This document shows positions 1-12,447 of a stretch of 64,000 bases of DNA, one piece after another. Source of the DNA: Marsupella aquatica (taxonomy: Eukaryota > Plantae > Marchantiophyta); the NCBI GenBank assembly GCA_973895155.1, contig OZ316896.1:21841622-21905621 (forward strand), written 5' to 3'. The notes under the pieces are model-generated. The model was not told the DNA's origin. It searched no databases and worked only from the letters and a program-made list of their open reading frames with translations. Position numbers and translations under genes: made by a program. The first letter of the stretch is position 1; the number at the start of each line of letters is the position of its first letter.

Positions 1-104
1 ACGATCTGCAAGCATTGACATATTCAATCATCAGAATGGCGACGACAATAAATTTCATGCTTCACAACCTGAGACGCTTAGTCCATAATTTGGCAGGTAC
101 TTAC

Positions 105-3100
105 TTAGCTTCTTCAACAGAAACTGTTCTGAGCCACTCCAGGTCAACACTGCCATGCTCTTTCTGCACCCTCTCTAGGAAAGCCTGAAATAATCCACAT
201 GAACGTTGTCGCCATAATGTTAAACTCACACCATACAATGAAAGGACACCAAACCTTTTCTAGAAATAAATATAAAGGAAACAGCGTAATGAGCTTTTGC
301 TCGTCTTACTAAAAACTTCAGAGACCGATGAGGGAACGCTTCAGGAACTCAAATACTTCACTCACGGGAAGATACGAGAGGCAGCAGAAAGAACCATCAC
401 ATGACTTTGCCGGCCTAGGTCCTACTCCTTCTTTGGTTTTTGTTTTCTATTCGATTGGAAGAAGATATAACGATGGTCAGAGAAGAAAGGAAAAGGAAAA
501 TGTAGACAGCATTACTGCGTTCTTCCATTACTCCACGGTGCCGTTCCTTCTTAATTGTGCAGGACCAATGGCATTCTTCAAAATTCGTCGTGATTCACAT
601 GGGACGACAATGCCATTGCAAGGATTTATGGCAGGAATTAACCTTGATTCTTCCAGCTAGAACGTAGTTCATGCCTCGCTCCTTGATCACATCAGCAATA
701 TCCTCGAGTTTAGCCGACCTTACCGCATCCCAATCAACACCATTCTCCACATCTGAAGAACCAAAGGACTTGCATCCGGCATGCGCACTTTCATGCTGAT
801 TCTCACCCATCTCTTGCCCTGTATACTTAAGTCTCACTGCCTCCCAGTCAAACGCCACCTTACTAGTAATGTTTGACTGCTCCAATCTGGCCCGAGCTAT
901 ACCGGTGAGGCTAATGACAGGTCTTTTTTGCGGACCGTGTACTCCCATCTCTAGGTTATCGCTTGCACTATTCACGAGTTCAGAGTTGTTCTTCCCATCA
1001 AGGGATTGTGGACCCGTTTTCTGGCGACCCTTCCTCATAGGTCGGCCTTTCGTCCCCGCGTTAGTCCTCATCAAGCTCTTCACAGTACGCAAATGAGAAG
1101 ATTCTGTCGTGAAGGATACTTCTAATTCTCGGTGCAAATGTTCTGAAGGCTCTGCTGCAGAAGATATTACAATCTCTTGATCGCAAGAAAAGTTAGTGTC
1201 AAAATTGTCTATGAGAAATATCCCTTCAGCTGTATATGCCCCAATTTCTTCATCGATAGCAAATTTTCTGTCTGAACCTGGTGTTGCAGAACTCTGCAAC
1301 AGTTTGTTAGCATCCAGACTGCCTGAGGAAGACACGACACTGCCTGAACTGCCCGCAATTTCTTCAGCTGCAGCCCTTATGACGTCAAGACCTGGTGACG
1401 CCGAACACCAATTTACCTGTTGGGGGATTGAGTTTCCTCCTATCTCATGAGTTCTTGAATTGTTAGCAGATTCATGAGGGCCGTAACGAGTGGCCTCAAG
1501 CGTTGATTCCAAGTCTGTTATATCATCATCTTCAGTGGGGCTCAAATCCACGAATAACAATCCTTCAACCAGCTCCGACTCAGGCTGGATCCAACTATTG
1601 AGTGCAGGCATAGCCATCGTTGCTACCTCGGTTTTGCCTGCGTCCACTAATAGTGTTGAGTCACTGGAATGTAGCTGACTCTGACCAGAAGACCCAAGGA
1701 ACACATCCCCCGATCCAGAATGAAGGGATATAGAATCATCTACAACCCCGCAAGTTTTGTGCTCTTCACATTCTCTAACCTCTAAGCTGTCTCCTGTGCG
1801 AGAAGTTACATTGTGCATCAACGATTCTTCTACCAGCCCAGACTCACGTTGGATCCAACTATTGGGTGCAGGCAGAGCCATCGTTGCTACCTCGCTGTCA
1901 CCTACGTCCACCAATGGTGTTGAGTCAAAGGAATTTAGCTGACCCTGACCAGAACTTTCAAGGAACACATCCCCCGATCCAGAATGAATGGATATAGATT
2001 CTTCTACCACCCCGCATGTTTTGTGCTCTTCAATTTCTCTCACCTCTAAGCTGTCTCCTGCGTGAGAAGTTGCATTGTGCTCATTGCTATTGCATTGACT
2101 TTGAGAATTCTTGCTTGAGCAAGAACTGTTTTGTTCTCTGGTATCTGTTAACCTTTCTTCGACATAGTAACTCCACACTATGTGCTCTTGGACTGTGCTT
2201 CCTCCGCTCCTTTCAAGAATTTGGGTAGTCGGCTCCGTGTCACGTTCGCTATCTATCACTGTCAATTCGGTTGACAGAGTATAGTTGCCCTGCTGATTGC
2301 AGCAAATGGACGATCCTTCTTCAGTAGCTGAAAACTTTTCACTGATATCAAACGCCTCTTCAACATGAAAAGTAGTCATTGTGCCCTCTTGTACGGGTTC
2401 TGCACCGTCGTGAAAAGTAGGATCTCCGATTGCCTTTAAACTGATCTCATATGCTTCTTCCACTTGAACTTCCATAACAGTTGCCTCTTGCGAAGTTTCA
2501 GCAGCAGCTTTCTTCTTTCTAGCAACAGGAAAACGTGCTGCAAGGCACATGAATGCAGAGCTGCAGATTTTGCACAATGAACGGAAGGTTATTTGTGAGT
2601 TTTCGTGAAAACTACGCTAATAGCAGTCAACTGAGGTCACGATAATTTAGAAACCTGGCTGTAATTCAGCATCTGATCAGTAGTATTAACCGTAGACAGT
2701 AGTGAATGTGCATAATCGAATTCCGGTGCCCGGGGTATACCAATATCCCTACTGTAAACATTTGCAAGCGAAGTTGCAATAATAAAAAATATGAACCTCA
2801 GTGAAGGCTTGTGGGTTCAGAGCCAAACAAGGTGCATGAAATGACAGATGGCTAACACACCTTGACAGGATATCAGAAACGTTTTGAGTTAGGAAGGCCC
2901 CAACTACAGAATCAACCACTGAGCCCTTCCAGACCGAAAAGCGACGATCACCTGCAATGAAAATAAAATCAATTTTTAATTTGCAGTAACAAGAGCTTGA
3001 CTGAAAGTACTTGATCCTGATTTGCGGACCTGAAGTAGAATAGCGCTCTATGTAACAAAGCTCAAAGCCCGCCTATCGAAACGGGCCATTCTGATACGTT

Positions 3101-6100
3101 AAGCTTTTGGCATCAACATACCTGCAAGATGGCTAACAATGTCCTAAACTGTGATAAGAAATCAATGTCCAGAGCGAATTGCATACCTTGTACAAGGTGC
3201 ATACGGTTTATGAACTTTTCAGCTCGGGCCTCCATGGTAGCCCTCTCCTCCTCCCACTGCCTTGGAGCTTCCTTTTGCGAGAACTCATCCTCGAAACTAG
3301 TTCCTTGAGTCATGAGTAATCGCCATACTCGTTTGTCTTCTCCGTCGAGCATCACTCTTGCCCTGGGTTTCTTTCGTCTTAAAGGCATAAATGGAACCAT
3401 CGCTCTGTTTTGGTTTGCATGAAGAACCATCGCTCTGTTCTGGTTTGCATGAGGTACTAATTGAAGCCCTGAATCAATTTCTTCCAAATCCATTGTCGTC
3501 AGCTTGTTCACAAAGAGGTCCAATAGTCTGGCGCTGTCTGCCTGCTTTGGCCGCCTTGTGTAGGGCAACTTGACCCGATTCGAGCTATTTGGTTGCCTAG
3601 CATTGGCTCGAGCAGCTGCCTTCAATCGACCATGGTTTGCTTGGAGAAAGCTCCCTTCAGGAATGGTTATTGACTCGTTTAGTATGCCCATCTCTGTTGA
3701 AATTATACTAGATTCATTCGACACGCCTTCCCCGGAGTTTGAAGGATTACTTGTTATCGGCATTACTGCACCCACAACCTCGGCAGCAGGATCACGCAGT
3801 TCCTGTTCCATGGATGGCTCCTGTGACTCGAGAAGAAGTTCCTGAGAATTGCTTGCATCTGTTCCCATCCCAGGTTTGGTCCCCACCGCTTTGGCAGCAG
3901 AGACAGCACTGGGATGAGCAGTTGCCTCATTCATGGACCCTTGCCACTTCTCTTCCCATCCTGAGCGAACATTACTATGAGCTGTAATTCTCTTATTCCG
4001 AGCCTGCTTGAAAAGTTCCCTCCGTGCGTGTCCGCGGTCTGCAACTACTCGACCTTCATCTTCACCGCTTCTTTTTCTGCTCGGACTTGGCGATGCAGAA
4101 GCACTAGTCGCCGATGGAAAACAATCTCTGCCGTTGGGAGAATTGGGGACTCTAGTTTCTACCAATTCATTGTTTGGTCCGATCTCCAGTCTGGTTTTAT
4201 GAGGAGACGTTTGAGGGCCTGCATTCTGTGGAAACCCAGAGTCTTCTCTGCTTCGCAACGAGTCTTCGGTCCCCATAGCTCGTCCTCCCTGTAAGTGCAT
4301 ACCCCTCCCTGCATCAGAAATACTCTCAGTGTCGTGACATTGTCTACAACCGTCTATCGCCGGCCCGCAATTTGCTGCCTCTGGCATGAAATGGTCACCT
4401 TGATTTCCTAGATAAATCTCTCTTTGAGCTGATTTTAAGTCAGAGGTCGCCCGCTTCTTCCTGCCCCTGGGTTTCCCATCCACCTTCTTCTCCTCACCGG
4501 CCTTGGCTTTGGAGATGCCTTCTGCGGCATTCTTTGGCTTCCGACGCCTATCAGGACGTCCCTCTCTAAAAACTTTAGGACGATGCTTCTTCCTGGCCCT
4601 CGAGTTTTTCGGTCGCAGTTTTTGCTGTTCAGGACTTTCGTTGAGATCTAGAAGTCCCTCCTGTCCCTCCTCGTCCTCTTCATCGAACAAATTCCCATCG
4701 TCGGGCTCAAAATCCTCATCACCGTCTAAAACCACCATGCCTGCATCGTTCATGGAATGAACTACACTGGTGCCCAACGAAGGATGTCGATTGTCCGGAA
4801 TGGGATTCGCATGCAACACTGCTGACATGTTCGAAAGAGGTTGTGCCGCATTGTTGGGATGCTCAGGAGGTGCCCGGACATCTGATGACATCAGGGCAGC
4901 AATTGACCCCACTCTTTGTGGCACACCGTCAGTGCGGAAGGGTAAACTACGGCGGCTCCTGGACGGGTAGCTGTTTGTCGGAATTGGGATACCCACATTG
5001 TCCATCTTATGGTGGTAAGCAGGAAGACTTGGTAGGTGAGATGCGTCATCTGAGCTCAGCCTGGCTTCAGATTCAGCTGTTCCCAGTGAGTCGTTCGCTA
5101 AGCTGAAGCCATCCCTGTGTTGTTCACCTCCCTCTAGCTGAGAATAATTGTTAAAGTGAGATCCAATGGAGGCACCAAAGTCGTCGAAGGGAGGCGGGGG
5201 AGTTGTTTCTCTGCCCGAACGGCGTTGAGATCCATCCAGTAACGTCTCAGGCCGGTATAATTTTCCATAAATGAATGCATCTATTTCTTCATGAGCGACT
5301 GCATCTAACGTGACCACTTGCGAATCTCTAGGGGCAAATTCCCAGTTTATGGACGGGTTCTGCACAGTAGGAAGAACTTGTAGATTTGCCGCTGGTGGAG
5401 AGGTATGTTGGAAACTGTCAGCCGCCACAAGGCAACAGGGGTGATCTGCCACTTCTTCCGTCTCCGACGAGGGCTCGTAAAATTGCTGCGGCAGCGCCAT
5501 CTCGGCGCCGTCAGATCGAGGACGACGATTGCTGAGAGCATCGAGGCCATTAGCCTCCGGAAACTCGTCGTCGGCAAGGATTCCTGCCTTCCTCTTTCGA
5601 ATTGGCGGCTTCATGGATGTCGCCGCTGACCCTTCCTGGCCGCCACCGAGGTCTCTCGGAGAGGCCTCGATGTGCGTCACCATGTTGCTCCTCCCCCTGA
5701 CAGGCCTATCCAGCTTACATGAGGATAGTGAGGAAGCGGGTGTGATCTCAGAGTCCCCTACAACCCAATCCCCTTCGTCCAGCAATCGCCCTGGATGCTT
5801 TTCTTTTCTAGCAGAAATTTCATCCTGCAGCAGCTGTGCTCGAGGTGGAGCCTCGCGACCGTCGTCGCAACTGCGAACGTACCTTTGTCCCTGAGACCTC
5901 TGCTCTTTCAGCCTTTCTGCCATGTCATCCTGCGATATCTTAGCGCGACCGTGGTGGTCTCCCGAAATTATGATTTTGTTTGCTTGGTTTGACTCCGGGC
6001 TAAAGGTGAAGTCCGGGAACTCCCGAGAGCTCCTGCGGTCCGACCTCCGTCTCTTCTCACCCCAGATGCATTGCCTCGACTTCCGTGATTGTATAACCAC

Positions 6101-7078
6101 TACACCTTTCCCAGATCTTTGTTCCTCATCATCGGATAATTCTAAGAGTCCAGAATCGACGTGGTCTTCGTTATGCTTCTTCGCCGCTCTTGTCCTATTC
6201 CTCAATCTATAAGGGATGTCGCGACCACGACCACTTTCAACAGGCTCTTCCAATGCGGGAAGCTTCTCCTGGATGCGTTCACGGGATGCCGAGTCAACAT
6301 TTGTTATTGCAAAGTCCGCGTGGTATGACTGCAAAGCTACGCCACCCTGCGAGACCTCCGCTTCCAAAGCTGGTTTACATCGGCTTCCTTGCTTTTCAAA
6401 AGAGACATCCACATTTGACCTCCGAATTCCTTGCTCTTCGCTGTCCTGCAAGTTCAAATGCGGCAATGCATTCGGTCGTTAGCTCGTGTACCAGGTGCGC
6501 TAGTCCGACCAAACGGACTAAGATCTTCCCGTCCATGAGATGGATCTGGCATGAAGACTTATTACGAGAACATTCAAGTACACAAACTAGATTAATACGA
6601 ATGACTCCAGTATCACCAACTCATGCAATCAAGAAAGGCAGCTCAGATCCATCAGAACCCCTCATTGTGAAGATAAAGACTCTTGCAATTGTGCTACTGT
6701 AGCTCTATCGGCTGCTCCACATCGAAATTTCCCGGGAGATTAGCATAATTAGGCAATCTTTTCGGACTCTCCTGCTACTCTGCGACGATTCTGAGAAGAG
6801 GCAGAGGTAAAGACGATTCCTTTTTCTGATGCCAATCCAACCGACCTTCGTGTCCCCGGACGATCAGGGCGAGGGCGAGGGCGACCGGCCGGCACATTGT
6901 AATGTGGCTGACTGACTGCATTGCAGAGGCGTGATGCTAACGGGGTCTCTTAACCATCATCAAATGGTCATTGGCTTCAAGAAAATTGAAGTACACGAGA
7001 GCGACGGCCATCAGTCCGCAATTGGATCGAATTAACCACCTTATTGCCGAGTATTTGATACTCGCCTTCTCTCTATTC

Positions 7079-7124
<46 letters not shown>

Positions 7125-7904
7125 ACAAATATTCATACTCTCCAAGTACGGGAATATCGCTTCGGCAGGGATTGGCGGAGGGAAGCTCTGTACAGGCATC
7201 AACTGTTGATACAACTTTGCCTTCTGCGGACAAAGCGAGCTAAGTGTTAGGAGGAGGGGCGCAAGGGAAGGGAAGGGTGCAAAGCAAGCTCCGAGAGTCG
7301 CGACACCGGAAGTCGGACACGAAGAAGGGGCACAACCTTCAACCCAAACATCACACGAGTCGACGAATACTATTACACACATAAGAAGCGTGCCTGCGCA
7401 TGATCATGTGCCCTGTCCATCGTCAAGGCCGGTACAGTGTCGAGCCCCTCGGAAAGAGGCCGCACTGGATCCTGCTTTATCACTGATCACTGATTCTTTT
7501 GCTTCCGCAACAGTCACCATAATTCGCCTCCTTTCCTCCGTTTCTCCCCATCGACCTCTCTGTCCTCATTATCTTATGTCCGTGGTGGGCCCCTCTCTCC
7601 TCAGTCCAATGGATTGCTTTATCGCGCAACTTTCCCGTCCCTCTCCGTTGCTTTGCTTCTTTCCAACAACAACTTTCTCTCGCAATCCTCGCTCATCCCA
7701 TTTGTCTCATCGTTTAAAAGCCCTCCCTGATTTATTCCGTCAAATCCTCTTTCCCTCTCTCTCAGGGTACACAAAGCTCTACTAATAAACTCTTCTTACC
7801 TTCTTGATTGCTGGTTTCGTCTGCTGCTGCTGCTGCTGCTGCCGCAGCAGCTCCTCCTTGTTCTGCTCCAGTTGTCGCTGCTGGACAAGTTGCCCCGCCT
7901 CCAT
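105..7904 (-). CDS. ROS1: DEMETER/ROS1-family 5-methylcytosine DNA glycosylase/lyase (partial; 3' exons lie left of the window)
   Basis: Manually spliced GT-AG exons: 7904-7800 (MEAGQLVQQRQ...KPAIKK, phase 0), 6445-3187, 2951-2861, 2560-643, 184-105. Motifs: basic RKKHRPKV; domain A (RKKPRARVMLDGEDKRVWRLLM...WEEER...FINRMHLVQG|DRRFSVWKGSVVDSVVGAFLTQNVSDILSSSAFM); start of the glycosylase domain (DWDAVRSA...IKERGMNYVLAGRIK|AFLERVQKEHGSVDLEWLR). Family call is firm; exon 1 and the exact paralogue are less certain. Confidence 0.93.
1564..2079 (-). repeat. In-frame tandem duplication (264-bp period, ~84 aa aligned) inside the DME/ROS1 exon
   Basis: HNATSHAGDSLEVREIEEHKTCGVVEESISIHSGSGDVF...NSWIQRESGLVE versus HNVTSRTGDSLEVRECEEHKTCGVVDDSISLHSGSGDVF...NSWIQPESELVE; GGATCCAACT at 1587 and 1851. 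Confidence 0.95.
3393..3451 (-). repeat. 30-bp coding tandem repeat (HANQNRAMV x2)
   Basis: GAACCATCGCTCTGTTYTGGTTTGCATGA occurs twice, 30 bp apart, just upstream of domain A. Confidence 0.9.
7082..7121. repeat. (CT)n microsatellite in DME/ROS1 intron 1
   Basis: Uninterrupted CT dinucleotide run. Confidence 0.95.
7821..7841 (-). repeat. (CAG)7 poly-Gln tract in predicted DME/ROS1 exon 1
   Basis: (CTG)7 on the plus strand, in frame with the ATG at 7904. Confidence 0.8.
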
Positions 7905-9209
7905 AGCTAACGCACTTAAGTGCAGCTCAATAAGTCGAAACCAATAAAGTACTCGAGAATAATAGTCGAGTCGATACCAGATTACGACTTCAATTACGGC
8001 TTCGACGCCCGGAGCGGGCCCTACGAAGTTGCATCACGTTACACTAGCGCTCCGCACCACTGCAATTTTTACAATTGGTGCCAATAATTGATAGGCACGA
8101 GAACCGTAGCCCTCCCGCATCACTCACTTCTTAGACGACTACACTGTTTCGTTGCTCTAGTTTGCCCGATAGGAGTAGTAGGAGTACGGGACGATGCTGT
8201 CCTCGCGCAGAACCCGCCAACAGCACCACGAGCAGGCTAGCTCCTTCTTGCTCCTCGTCCTATTGCTCGTGACTCGCGAGCTGAGCAGCAGCGCTATTTC
8301 AATTGCAGCAGCTCAGTACCCCGATGAAATGAGCAGTAAGTTCACTAAGCAATAATGCATCAAACATTGGCGGGCCAGGAGCAGCCAATTTCTGCTGCCT
8401 AGCTCGACACGAGACAGTACTGAGTATAGTACCAATTCTTCCGCTGCCTTGAAATGAAAATGATGAGTACTACTTTTCCAGATGAGCAGCCTTTCTTCCT
8501 CCGCCTTGAAAGGAAAGTACTTTCCTGAGCGAAAAAGCTTGACACATCGAGGGGGGTCACAAGCAACCTCAACAAAACGGACCTCAATTGAACTCACTTC
8601 TTCTTCTGCCTCGAAATGCGTACTTTAGAGAGAAGTAAAGCAGCAGTAGCAGCAATCAGTCAATCAACCATTGCGGGGCCACAAGCAAGCGCTCCGACGA
8701 GGATTCCTGCCTGTACCACCATTTTTCTCAATTACACCACTGTCTTTTTGCCGAACTTTACAGAAGACCCGACTTTCCTACGAGGGTCTGTACTCCGACT
8801 CACGACGACCTCCTGTCCTCCTCGACCAACAACATACTCTCGAGTCCATCACGTTGCAAACTGCAAAGCCGAGCCGACCCGAGCTGCTCCGCCCGAACCC
8901 GTACCGTACCATATCTTTTAGCCTCGGGCGGATCTTCTCGCCTCGGCACCGGAAGGACCGGAGTGGACTGAACACGAGGGACAGGGGTACTGGACTGGTA
9001 CTGGCCTGTACCAGCCTACCAGGATCCGTATTTTCTTTCTCTGTTTCGATTTTCTTCTTTGGGGGAATAAAGAACGGACGGGTAGTAAAGTGCGAACGAT
9101 ACCGTGGGAACGAGAAAGACACCGTAGGTCGTATCACAGGCCCCAACGAGACGCCGACGCTTTGGCTCTCGGGGACTCTACATTTTGGGGGTTATCGCCC
9201 AAAATCACA

Positions 9210-9276
9210 CTCAAAGTTTGGTCTTAACAAGATAAGGTCTTCTCAAAGTTTGACCTTAACAAGATAAGTTATTCTC
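9210..9276. repeat. 32-bp tandem repeat x2 at the CpG-rich/CpG-poor boundary
   Basis: CTCAAAGTTTGGTCTTAACAAGATAAGGTCTT / CTCAAAGTTTGACCTTAACAAGATAAGTTATT. Confidence 0.85.
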
Positions 9277-9892
9277 ATAACTCAAGTAAACCTATTTATG
9301 ATTACCGTAAGGAAAGTTCATGAGCTCAACACTTAACCCATAATTTTCCTGCAACATTAGACAGAACTCTGGAAAGCCGACACTTGGTGATTGCTGCTAC
9401 ATTTACAAGGGCGGTTGATCAAGATTTGAGGGGAAATTAATATATGCTATGAGACAAGTGAGGCCATAACTCCTGCCTTATGGGGTGGGTCAATGTTATC
9501 TCCCCCATTTTTTAATTTCTAAATTGGGTCCCATAATTTGAGTTATGAAATATATCACAAATCCATAACTCTCACTAATGACCCAGCTTTGAGACACTAA
9601 GGAAAGGAGAAAAACTAAGGAAAAAAATTCATTGATTTGAATTACTGTTTTTCCAAAAGCAATTTTGCTGTTGGCAATAAAACCACAGAAATAGAAAATT
9701 ATTGCTCACCAGAACGACCAGAAAAGTATGCAATTTCTCCCAAAAAATGCCATCTTGACAGAAAAAGTTTTTGAAGCACTGGTCCATCTGGGCATTTTGT
9801 TGTTTAGGTCCATCGGGGAGTGATATTACACAATATAGAGAGGGGAATATAAGGAAAACAGGGAACCCCAGTAAACATGAGTGAGCCTTACC

Positions 9893-10050
9893 TCATCCCA
9901 CCCTTACTGGAAACCCTTAAGATAAGGGTTATGACCATCCAACCCTTCCTAGAAAGTCTTCATGCAATCTTACGGGAGAGCCTTATTGTAAGGGTGTTAA
10001 TCATCCAACCGTTACTAGCAAGCCTTACTGTAAGGTAATTGACCAGCCAA
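9893..10050. repeat. Degenerate tandem repeat (CATCCAACCCTTACTAG...CCTTA...TAAGG, about 3 units)
   Basis: CATCCCACCCTTACTGG, CATCCAACCCTTCCTAG and CATCCAACCGTTACTAG units. Confidence 0.7.
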
Positions 10051-11186
10051 CAACTAAAATGCAAAACTCCTATCCAATCCATTCACTGTAAAGCTATCAG
10101 ATTTTCAGACACTTATTTGGGCCACGGTACATACTTGTGATTTCCTATTGGGTAACTAAAATGCAAAAAGTCATGTCAAATCCAGCCATATTCAGTTTGC
10201 TTCTCAGTAGGGCTTTAGTTATTTTGACACTAAGCAGGACACTCAGGCCTTCATGGAATTCTACACTTTGTTTTGTCCTCTTTATTGGTCTCTTGCCTTT
10301 AGGATCCTATCTCCAACCTTGACCCATTTTGTTATTTACTTGGCTATGTGACGTACTGTGAAGCTATCAATTTTCAGACTATTAGATTTTGTTGCCACCT
10401 GCATCAATCCGGCAATTGAATTGTCCCCAACCATTGATGTTTTCCATCCTGATTTATGGGTGTTTTTGCGTGACCCTGGCCTAAACCCTGGCTCACTTCC
10501 CAGTGGCATTTGAGTTTTACTTTCTGTTTGCAGTTTTGGCCATTTGACTTTGAAGTGCTCGCATCTCAAATTGATATTTCTGTAGTTTTGCTGGCTGCAG
10601 CTTTTCTAGGGGTTTTGTGAGTGTTTCCAATTGGCATTTTTTGTGGTGTGGCCATTGACTGACTTGTGGGCAGTGAAAGTGACTGAATCCAAGGTTTTGG
10701 GAGTGGCGGGGGGCGGGGGGGGGGTGTTTGTCTCAAACAGCAACATGGAGGGATCTTGTTTTATGGCTATTAAGGAGTTGGAGTTCATCAGGGTTATCAT
10801 CTTGTTTTATAGCTATTCAGAAGTTGGAGTTCATCGGGGTTATCATTCAGCAAATCATTGGCCCATTTTGATGGTAATTGTGAATAGGTTTAATCTGGAC
10901 TCCATATAATCATCTCTATGCTATTGCATATCTCATTGCAACAAAACTTTTGTAAGGGGCCATCACATAAGGTTTTTTTGAGAGGGGGTCCATGATATGT
11001 AAATATACCTCATCTTTTAGGGCCATAGGCTATCGTCAAGGCAAACGAAGTCTTGTTTTTCTCTCGAGGATGGTAACTACAGAGTACAGCAAACTGGCCT
11101 ACATGTTCATTTCACTTCCCTTCCCTTCCAGCCTTCCAGGTCATTTAATTTCCCTCCCACCTTGTTGAGATCTCTCTATTGTCTTT

Positions 11187-12214
11187 GTGAAGATGCTGCT
11201 GACTGCAGAGCTATGCATGCTTGCGGCGTACACTTGGTCAAAATGCGGCTCTAAGCCACAGTGGAGGCAAGGAGAAAACAAGCTGCTTCATATCACAATT
11301 TCCGGCCTAAGCAAAGGAGTGAGCCAGGAGGAATTGGGCGAGCTCTGCTGTACCACTGAACAGACTGGTAAGGCACAAAGAAGCTATTTTGACTCACATT
11401 AAAGCACAAATGAAACAGAGCTAATGTTGCAACCCTACTGAAATAAGTGTTACTTCTGACTTCAGTACAAGTTCACCAAAGTTAGTGTTCCTGACATTAA
11501 TTCTCACATAACACTAAGGGTGGCTTTACATGACATGTTTTTTCCCTCTAAGATTGAAATGGATTGTATAAGCCAGTGCCCTTTCTACTGGGCCACCAAG
11601 AGTCTTGGTTTTGGTCTAACTGAGATTTTTGGATGCTTTTGGGGTCCACCTTTAGTAGGTCCTTTTATAGTAGGTTATAGTTTCTTATGGTCTCTGTGTT
11701 GCTTGGCTACTATTGCCTTTGAGGACTTGCTCTGGCACTGGGGCTGGGGCTTCTGGCAGATCACTTTTTATTCCTTGAAACCATAAGCAGACCCATCTTG
11801 CAGAGGATAGGTGACATACTCTGGAGCATGCGCCTCTGTAGAATAGCCACAAGGACCCAGACCAAGAGGGGGAGAGGGGTTTAGCAAAGCAGGGCCCCAA
11901 AGCAAACCAGCCAAGGGTTGAGGAGAAATCAGTACCCCCACCACACACACACACACCCCTTCCCATTTTTGAGGTTGGGAAGTTGTACATTCTAAGTTTC
12001 TACCTTTTTGTGATTGTGTGCTTTTGATCCCCCATTGGCTGTGTTTTGCAAATATGGCTCATCTAACCAGGTATGGTGTCTACCAATCTATGGTAAGCAA
12101 TGGACCCAAGTACATGGTGACGTGGAATGCTTATTTTGTCTAGAATTAGACCACCATTATAGATGGCCCAAACATTTACAAACCCTGGCTCTTCATTCAA
12201 GAGATTTGCATTGA
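11187..12214 (+). mobile_element. Possible highly degraded LINE ORF1 remnant
   Basis: RRM-like fragment ITISGLSKGVSQEELGELC and a decayed zinc-knuckle-like CLFCLELDH; otherwise closed frames in CpG-depleted DNA. Confidence 0.3.
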
Positions 12215-12277
12215 GTGAAGTTAATTTCAAAAGATCACAAGATCTTGGTGTTTAGAAAAGGAGGTGGCCTGCCGTCC

Positions 12278-12447
12278 TGTTTGCTTGGTTGACTGAAAGT
12301 CACAAGTGCCCCCCAACTTCTTGCAAAACTACCAGAACTAGCCTGATTACCTGTTCCTGTTTGCTTGGTTGACTCGAAGTCTAGAAGGTCACAAGTGCCC
12401 CCCAACTTCTTGCAAAACTACCTAACTAGTCTGATTACCTATTCCTT
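12278..12447. repeat. ~80-90-bp tandem duplication
   Basis: TGTTTGCTTGGTTGACT...GTCACAAGTGCCCCCCAACTTCTTGCAAAACTACC...CTGATTACCT occurs twice. Confidence 0.9.

Noticed and set aside
328-6702. Plus-strand ORFs opposite the DME/ROS1 exons
   Set aside because: Antisense shadows of the long coding exons or intronic chance ORFs.
8313-9267. ORFs of 94-198 aa upstream of DME/ROS1
   Set aside because: Overlapping on both strands, mostly non-ATG starts and no recognisable domain; expected in a GC-rich promoter or 5' UTR.
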